Made by a program: the position numbers and the translations under genes | Origin: Eledone cirrhosa | Taxonomy: Eukaryota | Reading direction: 5' to 3' | Assembly: GCA_964016885.1 (NCBI GenBank) | Contig: OZ024741.1 | Location: 246,512,001-246,576,000, forward strand | DNA: 64,000 nt | Notes under the pieces: model-generated | Told to the model about the DNA's origin: nothing | Seen by the model: only the letters and a program-made list of their open reading frames with translations | Databases searched by the model: none | Part shown: piece after piece, positions 52,701 through 64,000 of the stretch | How the letters are laid out: every line of letters begins with the position of its first letter | Position numbering within the stretch: position 1 is the stretch's first letter

Positions 52701-55700
52701 GGAAATTATCTCCCTTTGATTTTTTTTACAAATTATCTCCCTCTGATTTTTTTTACAAATCTCCCCCTGATTTTTTAAAAAAAATTATCTCCCCTTCGCT
52801 GGCTGGAAATTATCTCCCCTTGGACACTGGAAATTATAGCCCCTTGGAGGGCTGGAAATTATCTTCCCTTGGACGGCTGGAAATTATCTCCCCCTGATTT
52901 TTTTAACAAATTATCTCCGCCTTATTTTTTTTAAAAATTATCTCTCCTTGGACGGCTGGAAATTATCTCCCCTTGATTTTTTTTACAAATAATCTCCCCC
53001 TGATTTTTTTTTACAAATTATCTCCCCCTGATTTTTTTTTACAAATTATCTACCCCTGATTTTTTTTTACAAATTATCTCCCCCTGATTTTTTACAAATT
53101 ATCTCCCCCTGATTTTTCTTTTACAAATTATCTCCCCCTGATTTTTTTTACAAATTATCTCTGCCTGATTTTTTTAAATATTATCTTCCCTTGGCTGGCG
53201 GGAAATTATCTCCCCTTGGACGGCTGGAAATTATCTGCCCTTGATTTTCTTTTTACAAATTATCTTCCACTGATTTTTTTTACAAATTATCTCCACCTGA
53301 TTTTTTAAAAAATTATCTCCCCTTGGAAGGCTGGAAATTATCTCTCTTTGTACGGCTGGAAATTATCACCCCTTGAGTTTTTTACAAATTATCTCCCCCT
53401 GATTTTTTTTACAAATCTCCCAGTGTTTTTTAAAAAAAATTATCTCCCCTTCGCTGGCTGGAAATTATCTCCCCTTGGACGCTGGAAATTATAGCCCCTT
53501 GGAGGGCTGGAAATTATCTTCCCTTGGACGGCTGGAAATTATCTCCCCTTGATTTTTTTTACAAATTATCTCCCCCTGATTTTTTTTTACAAATTATCTC
53601 CCCCTGATTTTTTTTTACAACTTATCTGCGCCTGATTTTTAAAAAAAAATTATCTTCCCTTGGACGGCTGGAAATTATCTCCCCTTGGACGGCTGGAAAT
53701 TATCTCTCCTTGGACGGCTAGAATTTACCTCTCTTTGGACGGCTGAAAATTATCTCCCCTTGGACGGCTGGAAATTATCTCCCCTTGATTTTTTTTACAA
53801 ATTATCTCCCCCTGATTTTTTTTTACAAATTATCTCCCCCTGATTTTTTTTTACAAATTATCTCCCCCTGATTTTTTTTTACAAATTATCTCCCCCTGAT
53901 TTTTTTTACAAATTATCTCCCCCTGATTTTTTTACAAATTATCTCCCCTTGGCTGGTTGGAAATTATCTCCCCTTGGAGGCTGGAACTTATGTCCCCTTG
54001 GACGGCTAGAAATTACCTCTCCTTGGACGGCTGGAAAATATGTCTCCTTGGACGGCTGGATATTATCTCCCCTTGGACGGCTGGAAATTATCTCCCCTTG
54101 GACGGCTGGAAATTATCTCCCCTTGGATGGCTAGATATTACCTCCCCTTGGACGGCTGGAAATTATCTCCCCTTGATTTTTTTTACAAATTATCTCCCCC
54201 TGATTTTTTTTTACAAATTATCTCCCCCTGATTTTTTTTTACAAATTATCACCCCTGATTTTTGTTTACAAATTATCTCCGCCTGATTTTTTTTTTAAAA
54301 TTATCTCCCCTTGGACGGCTGGAAATTATCTCCCCTTGGACGGCTAGAAATTACCTATCCTTGGACGGCTGAAAATTATCTCCCCTTGGACGGCTGGAAA
54401 TTATCTCCCCTTGATTTTTTTACAAATTATCTCCCCCTGATTTTTTTTTACAAATTATCTCCCCCTGATTTTTTTTTTACAAATTATCTCCCCCTGATTT
54501 TTTTTTACAAATTATCTACCCCTGATTTTTTTTACAAATTATCTCCCCCTGATTTTTTTTACAAATTATCTCCCCCTGATTTTTTTTTACAAATTATCTC
54601 CCCCTGATTTTTTTACAAATTATCTCCCCCTGATTTTTTTTACAAATTATCTCCGCCTGATTTTTTTAAATATTATCTTCCCTTGGCTGGCGGGAAATTA
54701 TCTCCCCTTGGACGGCTGAAAATTATCTCCCCTTGGACGGCTGGAAATTATCTCCCCTTGATTTTTTTCACAAATTATCTCCCCCTGATTTTTTTTTACA
54801 AATTATCTCCCCCTGATTTTTTTACAAATTATCTCCCCCTGATTTTTTTTTACAAATTATCTCCCCCTGATTTTTTTTACAAATTATCTCCCTCTGATTT
54901 TTTTACAAATTATCTCCCCTTGGCTGGCTGGAAATTATCTCCCCTTGGACGGCTAGAAATTACCTCTCCTTGGACGGCTGGAAAATATGTCTCCTTGGAC
55001 GGCTGGATATTATCTCCCCTTGGACGGCTGGAAATTATCTCCCCTTGGACGGCTGGAAATTATCTCCCCTTGGACGGATAGATATTACCTCCCCTTGGAC
55101 GGCTGGAAATTATCTCCCCTTGATTTTTTTACAAATTATCTCCCCCTGATTTATTTTACAAATCTCCCAATGATTTTAAAAAAAAATTATCTCCCCTTCG
55201 CTGGCTGGAAATTATCTCCCCTTGGACGCTGGAAATTATAGCCCCTTGGAGGGCTGGAAATTATCTTCCCTTGGACGGCTGGAAATTATCTCCCCTTGAT
55301 TTTTTTTACAAATTATCTCCCCCTGATTTTTTTTACAAATTATCTCCCCCTGATTTTTTTTACAAATTATCTCCCCCTGATTTTTTTTTAGAAATTATCT
55401 CCCCCTGATTTTTTTACAAATTATCTCCCCCTGATTTTTTTTACAATCTCCGCCTGATTTTTTTAAAAATTATCTTCCCTTGGCTGGCTGGAAATTATCT
55501 CCCCTTGGACACTGGAAATTATAGCCCCTTGGAGGGCTGGAAATTATCTTCCCTTGGACGGCTGGAAATTATCTCCCCTTGATTTTTTTTACAAATTATC
55601 TCCGCCTGATTTTTTTTTACAAATTATCTCCCCCTGATTTTTTTTTACAAATTATCTACCCCTGATTTTTTTTTACAAATTATCTCCCCCTGATTTTTTT

Positions 55701-58700
55701 TACAAATTATCTCCCCCTGATTTTTCTTTTACAAATTATCTCCCCCTGATTTTTTTACAAATTATCTCCCCCTGATTTTTTTTACAAATTATCTCCGCCT
55801 GATTTTTTTAAATATTATCTTCCCTTGGCTGGCGGGAAATTATCTCCCCTTGGACGGCTGGAAATTATCTGCCCTTGATTTTCTTTTTACAAATTATCTT
55901 CCACTGATTTTTTTTACAAATTATCTCCACCTGATTTTTTAAAAAATTATCTCCCCTTGGAAGGCTGGAAATTATCTCCCCTTGGACGGCTGGAAATTAT
56001 CTCCCCTTGGACGGCTAGAAATTATCTCTCCTTGGACGGCTGAAAATTATCTCCCCTTGGACGGCTGCAAATTATCTCCCCTTGATTTTTTTTACAAATT
56101 ATCTCCCCCTGATTTTTTTTACAAATTATCTCCCCCTGATTTTTTTTACAAATTATCTACCCCTGATTTTTTTTACAAATTATCTCCCCCTGATTTTTTT
56201 TTACAAATTATCTCCCCCTGATTTTTTTTTACAAATTATCTCCCCCTGATTTTTTTTTTACAAATTATCTCCCCCTGATTTTTTTACAAATTATCTCCCC
56301 CTGATTTTTTTTACAATCTCCGCCTGATTTTTTTAAAAATTATCTTCCCTTGGCTGGCGGGAAATTATCTCCCCTTGGACGGCTGGAAATTATCTCGCCT
56401 TGCACGGCTGGAAATTATCTCCCCTTGGCTGGAAATTATCTCCCCTTGGACGGCTAGAAATTATCTCTCTTTGGACGGCTGGAAATTATCTCCCTTTGAT
56501 TTTTTTTACAAATTATCTCCCTCTGATTTTTTTTACAAATCTCCCCCTGATTTTTTTAAAAAAATTATCTCCCCTTCGCTGGCTGGAAATTATCTTCCCT
56601 TGGACGGCTGGAAATTATCTCACCTTGATTTTTTTTACAAATTATCTCCGCCTGATTTTTTTTTTAAATTATCTCTCCTTGGACGGCTGGAAATTATCTC
56701 CCCTTGATTTTTTTTACAAATAATCTCCCCCTGATTTTTTTTTATAAATTATCTCCCCCTGATTTTTTTTTACAAATTATCTACCCCTGTTTTTTTTTAC
56801 AAATTATCTCCCCCTGATTTTTTTTACAAATTATCTCCCCCTGATTTTTCTTTTACAAATTATCTCCCCCTGATTTTTCTTTTACAAATTATCTCCCCCT
56901 GATTTTTTTACAAATTATCTCCCCCTGATTTTTTTTACAAATTGTCTCCGCCTGATTTTTTTAAATATTATCTTCCCTTGGCTGGCGGGAAATTACCTCC
57001 CCTTGGACGGCTGGAAATTATCTGCCCTTGATTTTCTTTTTACAAATTATCTTCCACTGATTTTTTTTACAAATTATCTCCACCTGATTTTTTAAAAAAT
57101 TATCTCCCCTTGGAAGGCTGGAAATTATCTCCCCTTGGCTGGAAATTATCTCCCCTTGGACGGCTAGAAATTATCTCTCTTTGGACGGCTGGAAATTATC
57201 ACCCCTTGAGTTTTTTACAAATTATCTCCCCCTGATTTTTTTTACAAATCTCCCAGTGATTTTTTAAAAAAAATTATCTCCCCTTCGCTGGCTGGAAATT
57301 ATCTCCCCTTGGACGCTGGAAATTATAGCCACTTGGAGGGCTGGAAATTATCTTCCCTTGGACGGCTGGAAATTATCTCCCCTTGATTTTTTTTACAAAT
57401 TATCTCCCCCTGATTTTTTTTTACAAATTATCTCCCCCTGATTTTTTTTTACAACTTATCTGCGCCTGATTTTTTAAAAAAAATTATCTCCCCTTGGACG
57501 GCTGGAAATTATCTCCCCTTGGACGGCTGGAAATTATCTCTCCTTGGACGGCTAGAATTTACCTCTCCTTGGACGGCTGAAAATTATCTCCCCTTGGACG
57601 GCTGGAAATTATCTCCCCTTGATTTTTTTTACAAATTATCTCCCCCTTTTTTTTTTTTACAAATTATCTCCCCCTGATTTTTTTTTACAAATTATCTCCC
57701 CCTGATTTTTTTTTACAAATTATCTCCCCCTGATTTTTTTTACAAATTATCTCCCCCCTGATTTTTTTACAAATTATCTCCCCTTGGCTGGCTGGAAATT
57801 ATCTCCCCTTGGAGGCTGGAACTTATCTCCCCTTGGACGGCTAGAAATTACCTCTCCTTGGACGGCTGGAAAATATGTCTCCTTGGACGGCTGGATATTA
57901 TCTCCCCTTGGACGGCTGGAAATTATCTCCCCTTGGACGGCTGGAAATTATCTCCCCTTGGATGGCTAGATATTACCTCCCCTTGGACGGCTGGAAATTA
58001 TCTCCCCTTGATTTTTTTAACAAATTATCTCCCCCTGATTTTTTTTTACAAATGATCTCCCCCTGATTTTTTTTAAAAAATTATCTCCCCCTGATTTTTG
58101 TTTACAAATTATCTCCGCCTGATTTTTTTTAACAAATTATCTCCCCTTGGACGGCTGGAAATTATCTCCCCTTGGACGGCTGGAAATTATATCTCCTTGG
58201 ACGGCTAGAATTTACCTCTCCTTGGACGGCTGAAAATTATCTCCCCTTGGACGGCTGGAAATTATCTCCCCTTGATTTTTTTTACAAATCATCTCCCCCT
58301 GATTTTTTTTTACAAATTATCTCCCCCTGATTTTTTTTTACAAATTATCTCCCCCTGATTTTTTTTTACAAATTATCTCCATCTGATTTTTTTACAAATT
58401 ATCTCCCCTTGGCTGGCTGGAAATTATCTCCCCTTGGAGGCTGGAACTTATCTCCCCTTGGACGGCTAGAAATTACCTCTCCTTGGACGGCTGGAAAATA
58501 TGTCTCCTTGGACAGCTGGATATTATCTCCCCTTGGACGGCTGGAAATTATCTCCCCTTGGACGGCTGGAAATTATCTCCCCTTGGATGGCTAGATATTA
58601 CCTCCCCTTGGACGGCTGGAAATTATCTCCCCTTGATTTTTTTTACAAATTATCTCCCCCTGATTTTTTTTTACAAATTATCTCCCCCTGATTTTTGTTT

Positions 58701-59885
58701 ACAAATTATCTCCGCCTGATTTTTTTTTTTAAATTATCTCCCCTTGGACGGCTGGAAATTATCTCCCCTTGGACGGCTAGAAATTACCTCTCCTTGGACG
58801 GCTGAAAATTATCTCCCCTTGGACGGCTGGAAATTATCTCCCCTTGATTTTTTTACAAATTATCTCCCCCTGATTTTTTTTTTACAAATTATCTCCCCCT
58901 GATTTTTTTTTACAAATTATCTCCCCCTGATTTTTTTTTACAAATTATCTACCCCTGATTTTTTTTACAAATTATCTCCCCCTGATTTTTTTTACAAATT
59001 ATCTCCCCCTGATTTTTTTTTACAATTTATCTCCCCCTGATTTTTTTACAAATTATCTCCCCCTGATTTTTTTTACAAATTATCTCCGCCTGATTTTTTT
59101 AAATATTATCTTCCCTTGGCTGGCGGGAAATTATCTCCCCTTGGACGGCTGAAAATTATCTCCCCTTGGACGGCTGGAAATTATCTCCCCTTGATTTTTT
59201 TTACAAATTATCTCCCCCTGATTTTTTTTTACAAATTATCTCCCCCTGATTTTTTTACAAATTATCTCCCCCTGATTTTTTTTTACAAATTATCTCCCCC
59301 TGATTTTTTTTACAAATTATCTCCCTCTGATTTTTTTACAAATTATCTCCCCTTGGCTGGCTGGAAATTATCTCCCCTTGGACGGCTAGAAATTACCTCT
59401 CCTTGGACGGCTGGAAAATATGTCTCCTTGGACGGCTGGATATTATCTCCCCTTGGACGGCTGGAAATTATCTCCCCTTGGACGGCTGGAAATTATCTCC
59501 CCTTGGACGGATAGATATTACCTCCCCTTGGACGGCTGGAAATTATCTCCCCTTGATTTTTTTTACAAATTATCTCCCCCTGATTTTTTTTTACAAATTA
59601 TCTCCCCCTGATTTTTGTTTACAAATTATCTCCGCCTGATTTTTTTTTTTAAATTATCTCCCCTTGGACGGCTGGAAATTATCTCCCCTTGGACGGCTAG
59701 AAATTACCTCTCCTTGGACGGCTGAAAATTATCTCCCCTTGGACGGCTGGAAATTATCTCCCCTTGATTTTTTTACAAATTATCTCCCCCTGATTTTTTT
59801 TTTACAAATTATCTCCCCCTGATTTTTTTTTACAAATTATCTCCCCCTGATTTTTTTTTACAAATTATCTACCCCTGATTTTTTT
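41890..59885 (+). repeat. Near-identical duplication of about 8.9 kb, period 9093-9095 bp (copy 1 ~41.89-50.79 kb, copy 2 ~50.98-59.88 kb)
   Basis: ORF-track entries from 41901 to 50325 have counterparts 9093-9095 bp downstream (e.g. 41901/50994, 42312/51405, 45217/54311, 48689/57784, 50325/59420). Confidence 0.93.
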
Positions 59886-60470
59886 TACAAATTATCTCCC
59901 CCTGATTTTTTTTACAAATTATCTCCCCCTGATTTTTTTTTACAATTTATCTCCCCCTGATTTTTTTACAAATTATCTCCCCCTGATTTTTTTTACAAAT
60001 TATCTCCGCCTGATTTTTTTAAATATTATCTTCCCTTGGCTGGCGGGAAATTATCTCCCCTTGGACGGCTGAAAATTATCTCCCCTTGGACGGCTGGAAA
60101 TTATCTCCCCTTAATTTTTTTTACAAATTATCTCCCCCTGATTTTTTTTTACAAATTATCTCCCCCTGATTTTTTTACAAATTATCTCCCCCTGATTTTT
60201 TTTTACAAATTATCTCCCCCTGATTTTTTTTACAAATTATCTCCCTCTGATTTTTTTACAAATTATCTCCCCTTGGCTGGCTGGAAATTATCTCCCCTTG
60301 GACGGCTAGAAATTACCTCTCCTTGGACGGCTGGAAAATATGTCTCCTTGGACGGCTGGATATTATCTCCCCTTGGACGGCTGGAAATTATCTCCCCTTG
60401 GACGGCTGGAAATTATCTCCCCTTGGACGGATAGATATTACCTCCCCTTGGACGGCTGGAAATTATCTCC
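58600..60470 (+). repeat. Local tandem duplication with 920-bp period
   Basis: ORF pair 59116/60036; private marker TACAATTTAT at 59021 and 59941. Confidence 0.85.
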
Positions 60471-63400
60471 CCTTGATTTTTTTACAAATTATCTCCCCCT
60501 GATTTATTTTACAAATCTCCCAATGATTTAAAAAAAAAAATTATCTCCCCTTCGCTGGCTGGAAATTATCTCCCCTTGGACGCTGGAAATTATAGCCCCT
60601 TGGAGGGCTGGAAATTATCTTCCCTTGGACGGCTGGAAATTATCTCCCCTTGATTTTTTTTACAAATTATCTCCCCCTGATTTTTTTTACAAATTATCTC
60701 CCCCTGATTTTTTTTACAAATTATCTACCCCTGATTTTTTTTACAAATTATCTCCCCCTGATTTTTTTTTACAAATTATCTCCCCCTGATTTTTTTTTAC
60801 AAATTATCTCCCCCTGATTTTTTTACAAATTATCTCCCCCTGATTTTTTTTACAATCTCCGCCTGATTTTTTTAAAAATTATCTTCCCTTGGCTGGCTGG
60901 AAATTATCTCCCCTTGGACACTGGAAATTATAGCCCCTTGGAGGGCTGGAAATTATCTTCCCTTGGACGGCTGGAAATTATCTCCCCTTGATTTTTTTTA
61001 CAAATTATCTCCACCTGATTTTTTTTTACAAATTATCTCCCCCTGATTTTTTTTACAAATTATCTACCCCTGATTTTTTTTTACAAATTATCTCCCCCTG
61101 ATTTTTTTTACAAATTATCTCCCCCTGATTTTTCTTTTACAAATTATCTCCCCCTGATTTTTTTACAAATTATCTCCCCCTGATTTTTTTTACAAATTAT
61201 CTCCGCCTGATTTTTTTAAATATTATCTTCCCTTGGCTGGCGGGAAATTATCTCCCCTTGGACGGCTGGAAATTATCTGCCCTTGATTTTCTTTTTACAA
61301 ATTATCTTCCACTGATTTTTTTTACAAATTATCTCCACCTGATTTTTTAAAAAATTATCTCCCCTTGGAAGGCTGGAAATTATCTCCCCTTGGACGGCTG
61401 GAAATTATCTCCCCTTGGACGGCTAGAAATTATCTCTCCTTGGACGGCTGAAAATTATCTCCCCTTGGACGGCTGCAAATTATCTCCCCTTGATTTTTTT
61501 TACAAATTATCTCCCCCTGATTTTTTTTACAAATTATCTCCCCCTGATTTTTTTTACAAATTATCTACCCCTGATTTTTCTAACAAATTATCTCCCCCTG
61601 ATTTTTTTTTACAAATTATCTCCCCCTGATTTTTTTTTACAAATTATCTCCCCCTGATTTTTTTTTTACAAATTATCTCCCCCTGATTTTTTTACAAATT
61701 ATCTCCCCCTGATTTTTTTTACAATCTCCGCCTGATTTTTTTAAAAATTATCTACCCTTGGCTGGCGGGAAATTATCTCCCCTTGGACGGCTGGAAATTA
61801 TCTCCCCTTGGAAGGATGGAAATTATCTCCCCTTGGACGGCTGGAAATTATCTCCCCTTGCACGGCTGGAAATTATCTCCCCTTGGCTGGAAATTATCTC
61901 CCCTTGGACGGCTAGAAATTATCTCTCTTTGGACGGCTGGAAATTATCTCCCTTTGATTTTTTTACAAATTATCTCCCTCTGATTTTTTTTACAAATCTC
62001 CCCCTGATTTTTTTAAAAAAATTATCTCCCCTTCGCTGGCTGGAAATTATCTTCCCTTGGACGGCTGGAAATTATCTCACCTTGATTTTTTTTACAAATT
62101 ATCTCCGCCTGATTTTTTTTTTAAATTATCTCTCCTTGGACGGCTGGAAATTATCTCCCCTTGATTTTTTTTACAAATAATCTCCCCCTGATTTTTTTTT
62201 ATAAATTATCTCCCCCTGATTTTTTTTTACAAATTATCTACCCCTGATTTTTTTTTACAAATTATCTCCCCCTGATTTTTTTTACAAATTGTCTCCCCCT
62301 GATTTTTCTTTTACAAATTATCTCCCCCTGATTTTTTTACAAATTATCTTCCACTGATTTTTTTTACAAATTATCTCCACCTGATTTTTTAAAAAATTAT
62401 CTCCCCTTGGAAGGCTGGAAATTATCTCCCCTTGGCTGGAAATTATCTCCCCTTGGACGGCTAGAAATTATCTCTCTTTGGACGGCTGGAAATTATCACC
62501 CCTTGAGTTTTTTACAAATTATCTCCCCCTGATTTTTTTTACAAATCTCCCAGTGATTTTTTAAAAAAAATTATCTCCCCTTCGCTGGCTGGAAATTATC
62601 TCCCCTTGGACGCTGGAAATTATAGCCCCTTGGAGGGCTGGAAATTATCTTCCCTTGGACGGCTGGAAATTATCTCCCCTTGATTTTTTTTACAAATTAT
62701 CTCCCCCTTTTTTTTTTTTACAAATTATCTCCCCTTGGCTGGCTGGAAATTATCTCCCCTTGGAGGCTGGAACTTATCTCCCCTTGGACGGCTAGAAATT
62801 ACCTCTCCTTGGACGGCTGGAAAATATGTCTCCTTGGACGGCTGGATATTATCTCCCCTTGGACGGCTGGAAATTATCTCCCCTTGGACGGCTGGAAATT
62901 ATCTCCCCTTGGATGGCTAGATATTACCTCCCCTTGGACGGCTGGAAATTATCTCCCCTTGATTTTTTTAACAAATTATCTCCCCCTGATTTTTTTTTAC
63001 AAATGATCTCCCCCTGATTTTTTTTAAAAAATTATCTCCCCCTGATTTTTGTTTACAAATTATCTCCGCCTGATTTTTTTTAACAAATTATCTCCCCTTG
63101 GACTGCTGGAAATTATCTCCCCTTGGACGGCTGGAAATTATATCTCCTTGGACGGCTAGAATTTACCTCTCCTTGGACGGCTGAAAATTATCTCCCCTTG
63201 GACGGCTGGAAATTATCTCCCCTTGATTTTTTTTACAAATCATCTCCCCCTGATTTTTTTTTACAAATTATCTCCCCCTGATTTTTTTTTACAAATTATC
63301 TCCCCCTGATTTTTTTTTACAAATTATCTCCCCCTGATTTTTTTACAAATTATCTCCCCTTGGCTGGCTGGAAATTATCTCCCCTTGGAGGCTGGAACTT

Positions 63401-64000
63401 ATCTCCCCTTGGACGGCTAGAAATTACCTCTCCTTGGACGGCTGGAAAATATGTCTCCTTGGACGGCTGGATATTATCTCCCCTTGGACGGCTGGAAATT
63501 ATCTCCCCTTGGACGGCTGGAAATTATCTCCCCTTGGATGGCTAGATATTACCTCCCCTTGGACGGCTGGAAATTATCTCCCCTTGATTTTTTTTACAAA
63601 TTATCTCCCCCTGATTTTTTTTTACAAATTATCTCCCCCTGATTTTTTTTTACAAATTATCTCCCCCTGATTTTTGTTTACAAATTATCTCCGCCTGATT
63701 TTTTTTTTAAAATTATCTCCCCTTGGACGGCTGGAAATTATCTCCCCTTGGACGGCTAGAAATTACCTCTCCTTGGACGGCTGAAAATTATCTCCCCTTG
63801 GACGGCTGGAAATTATCTCCCCTTGATTTTTTTACAAATTATCTCCCCCTGATTTTTTTTTTACAAATTATCTCCCCCTGATTTTTTTTTACAAATTATC
63901 TACCCCTGATTTTTTTTTACAAATTATCTCCCCCTGATTTTTTTTTACAAATTATCTACCCCTGATTTTTTTTACAAATTATCTCCCCCTGATTTTTTTT

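Larger units (their letters stand above)
1..64000 (+). repeat. Composite tandem satellite array of two monomer types (25-bp A and ~27-bp B) sharing the core AAATTATCTCCCC; roughly 2,400 monomers (64 kb / ~26 bp), all head-to-tail; open at both window ends
   Basis: The core AAATTATCTCCCC or a 1-2 nt variant recurs every 21-29 bp from the first line to the last. I saw no non-repeat segment and no inverted copy (GGGGAGATAATTT on the + strand). Confidence 0.99.

Noticed and set aside
3-63670. Numerous short + strand ORFs (60-163 aa) with LSPLGRLEIISPWTAGNYLPLDGWK and LSPPDFFYK repeats
   Set aside because: The 25-bp A consensus has no stop codon in any frame, and a 27-bp B unit is open in two frames, so ORFs arise automatically. 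They overlap in different frames, mostly start at TTG, and are broken by T-tract length changes. No domain is recognisable.
1-64000. CRISPR-like layout (constant repeat plus intervening sequence)
   Set aside because: The core is only 13 bp and the linkers are 8-16 bp of just two types, not unique spacers. There is no leader and no cas gene.
1-64000. Telomeric repeat array (C-rich strand, long yeast-type 25-bp unit)
   Set aside because: Two interleaved unit types, variable T tracts and multi-kb duplications carrying private variants indicate recombinational amplification, not telomerase templating. A subtelomeric or telomerase-independent terminal location cannot be excluded.
1-64000. Plasmid or phage iteron array, or replication origin
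   Set aside because: Iteron clusters have a few to tens of copies beside a rep gene. Here there are thousands of units and no coding sequence.
1-64000. Pure sequencing or amplification artefact, or synthetic data-storage DNA
   Set aside because: Nested, phylogenetically consistent private variants and whole-monomer indels are what natural satellite evolution produces. Only individual duplications or junctions might be assembly errors.
1-64000. Transposon, MITE or Helitron remnants
   Set aside because: No terminal inverted repeats, target-site duplications, LTRs or non-satellite insertions were seen.

Overview
The whole 64-kb window is one uninterrupted, non-coding tandem satellite array in a single orientation. 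It has no unique sequence, genes, RNA genes or mobile elements that I can support. It is built from two short monomers sharing a 13-bp core, AAATTATCTCCCC. Type A is core+TTGGACGGCTGG (25 bp, with 21-24 bp deletion variants). Type B is core+CTGA(T7-10)AC (about 26-29 bp). The monomers alternate in runs of about 1-9 A and 1-15 B. Runs form recurring 'modules' of 0.2-0.6 kb, each identified by diagnostic variants. These modules are reshuffled and duplicated at many periods (about 186 bp and 0.62, 0.92, 1.05, 1.5, 5.2, 6.7, 7.5-7.8, 9.1, 9.5, 11.3 and 28.4 kb), giving an irregular, nested higher-order repeat (HOR). This most resembles eukaryotic heterochromatic, centromeric or subtelomeric satellite DNA, but organism and function cannot be determined from the sequence. 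All listed ORFs are translation artefacts of the repeat. The most notable features are the two-letter monomer architecture, the junction-specific base rules, layered variant gradients, a near-identical ~9.1-kb duplication, one out-of-register junction at ~33.8 kb, and a WGATAR motif in almost every monomer. Block boundaries were estimated by eye and from ORF-track offsets and are approximate.
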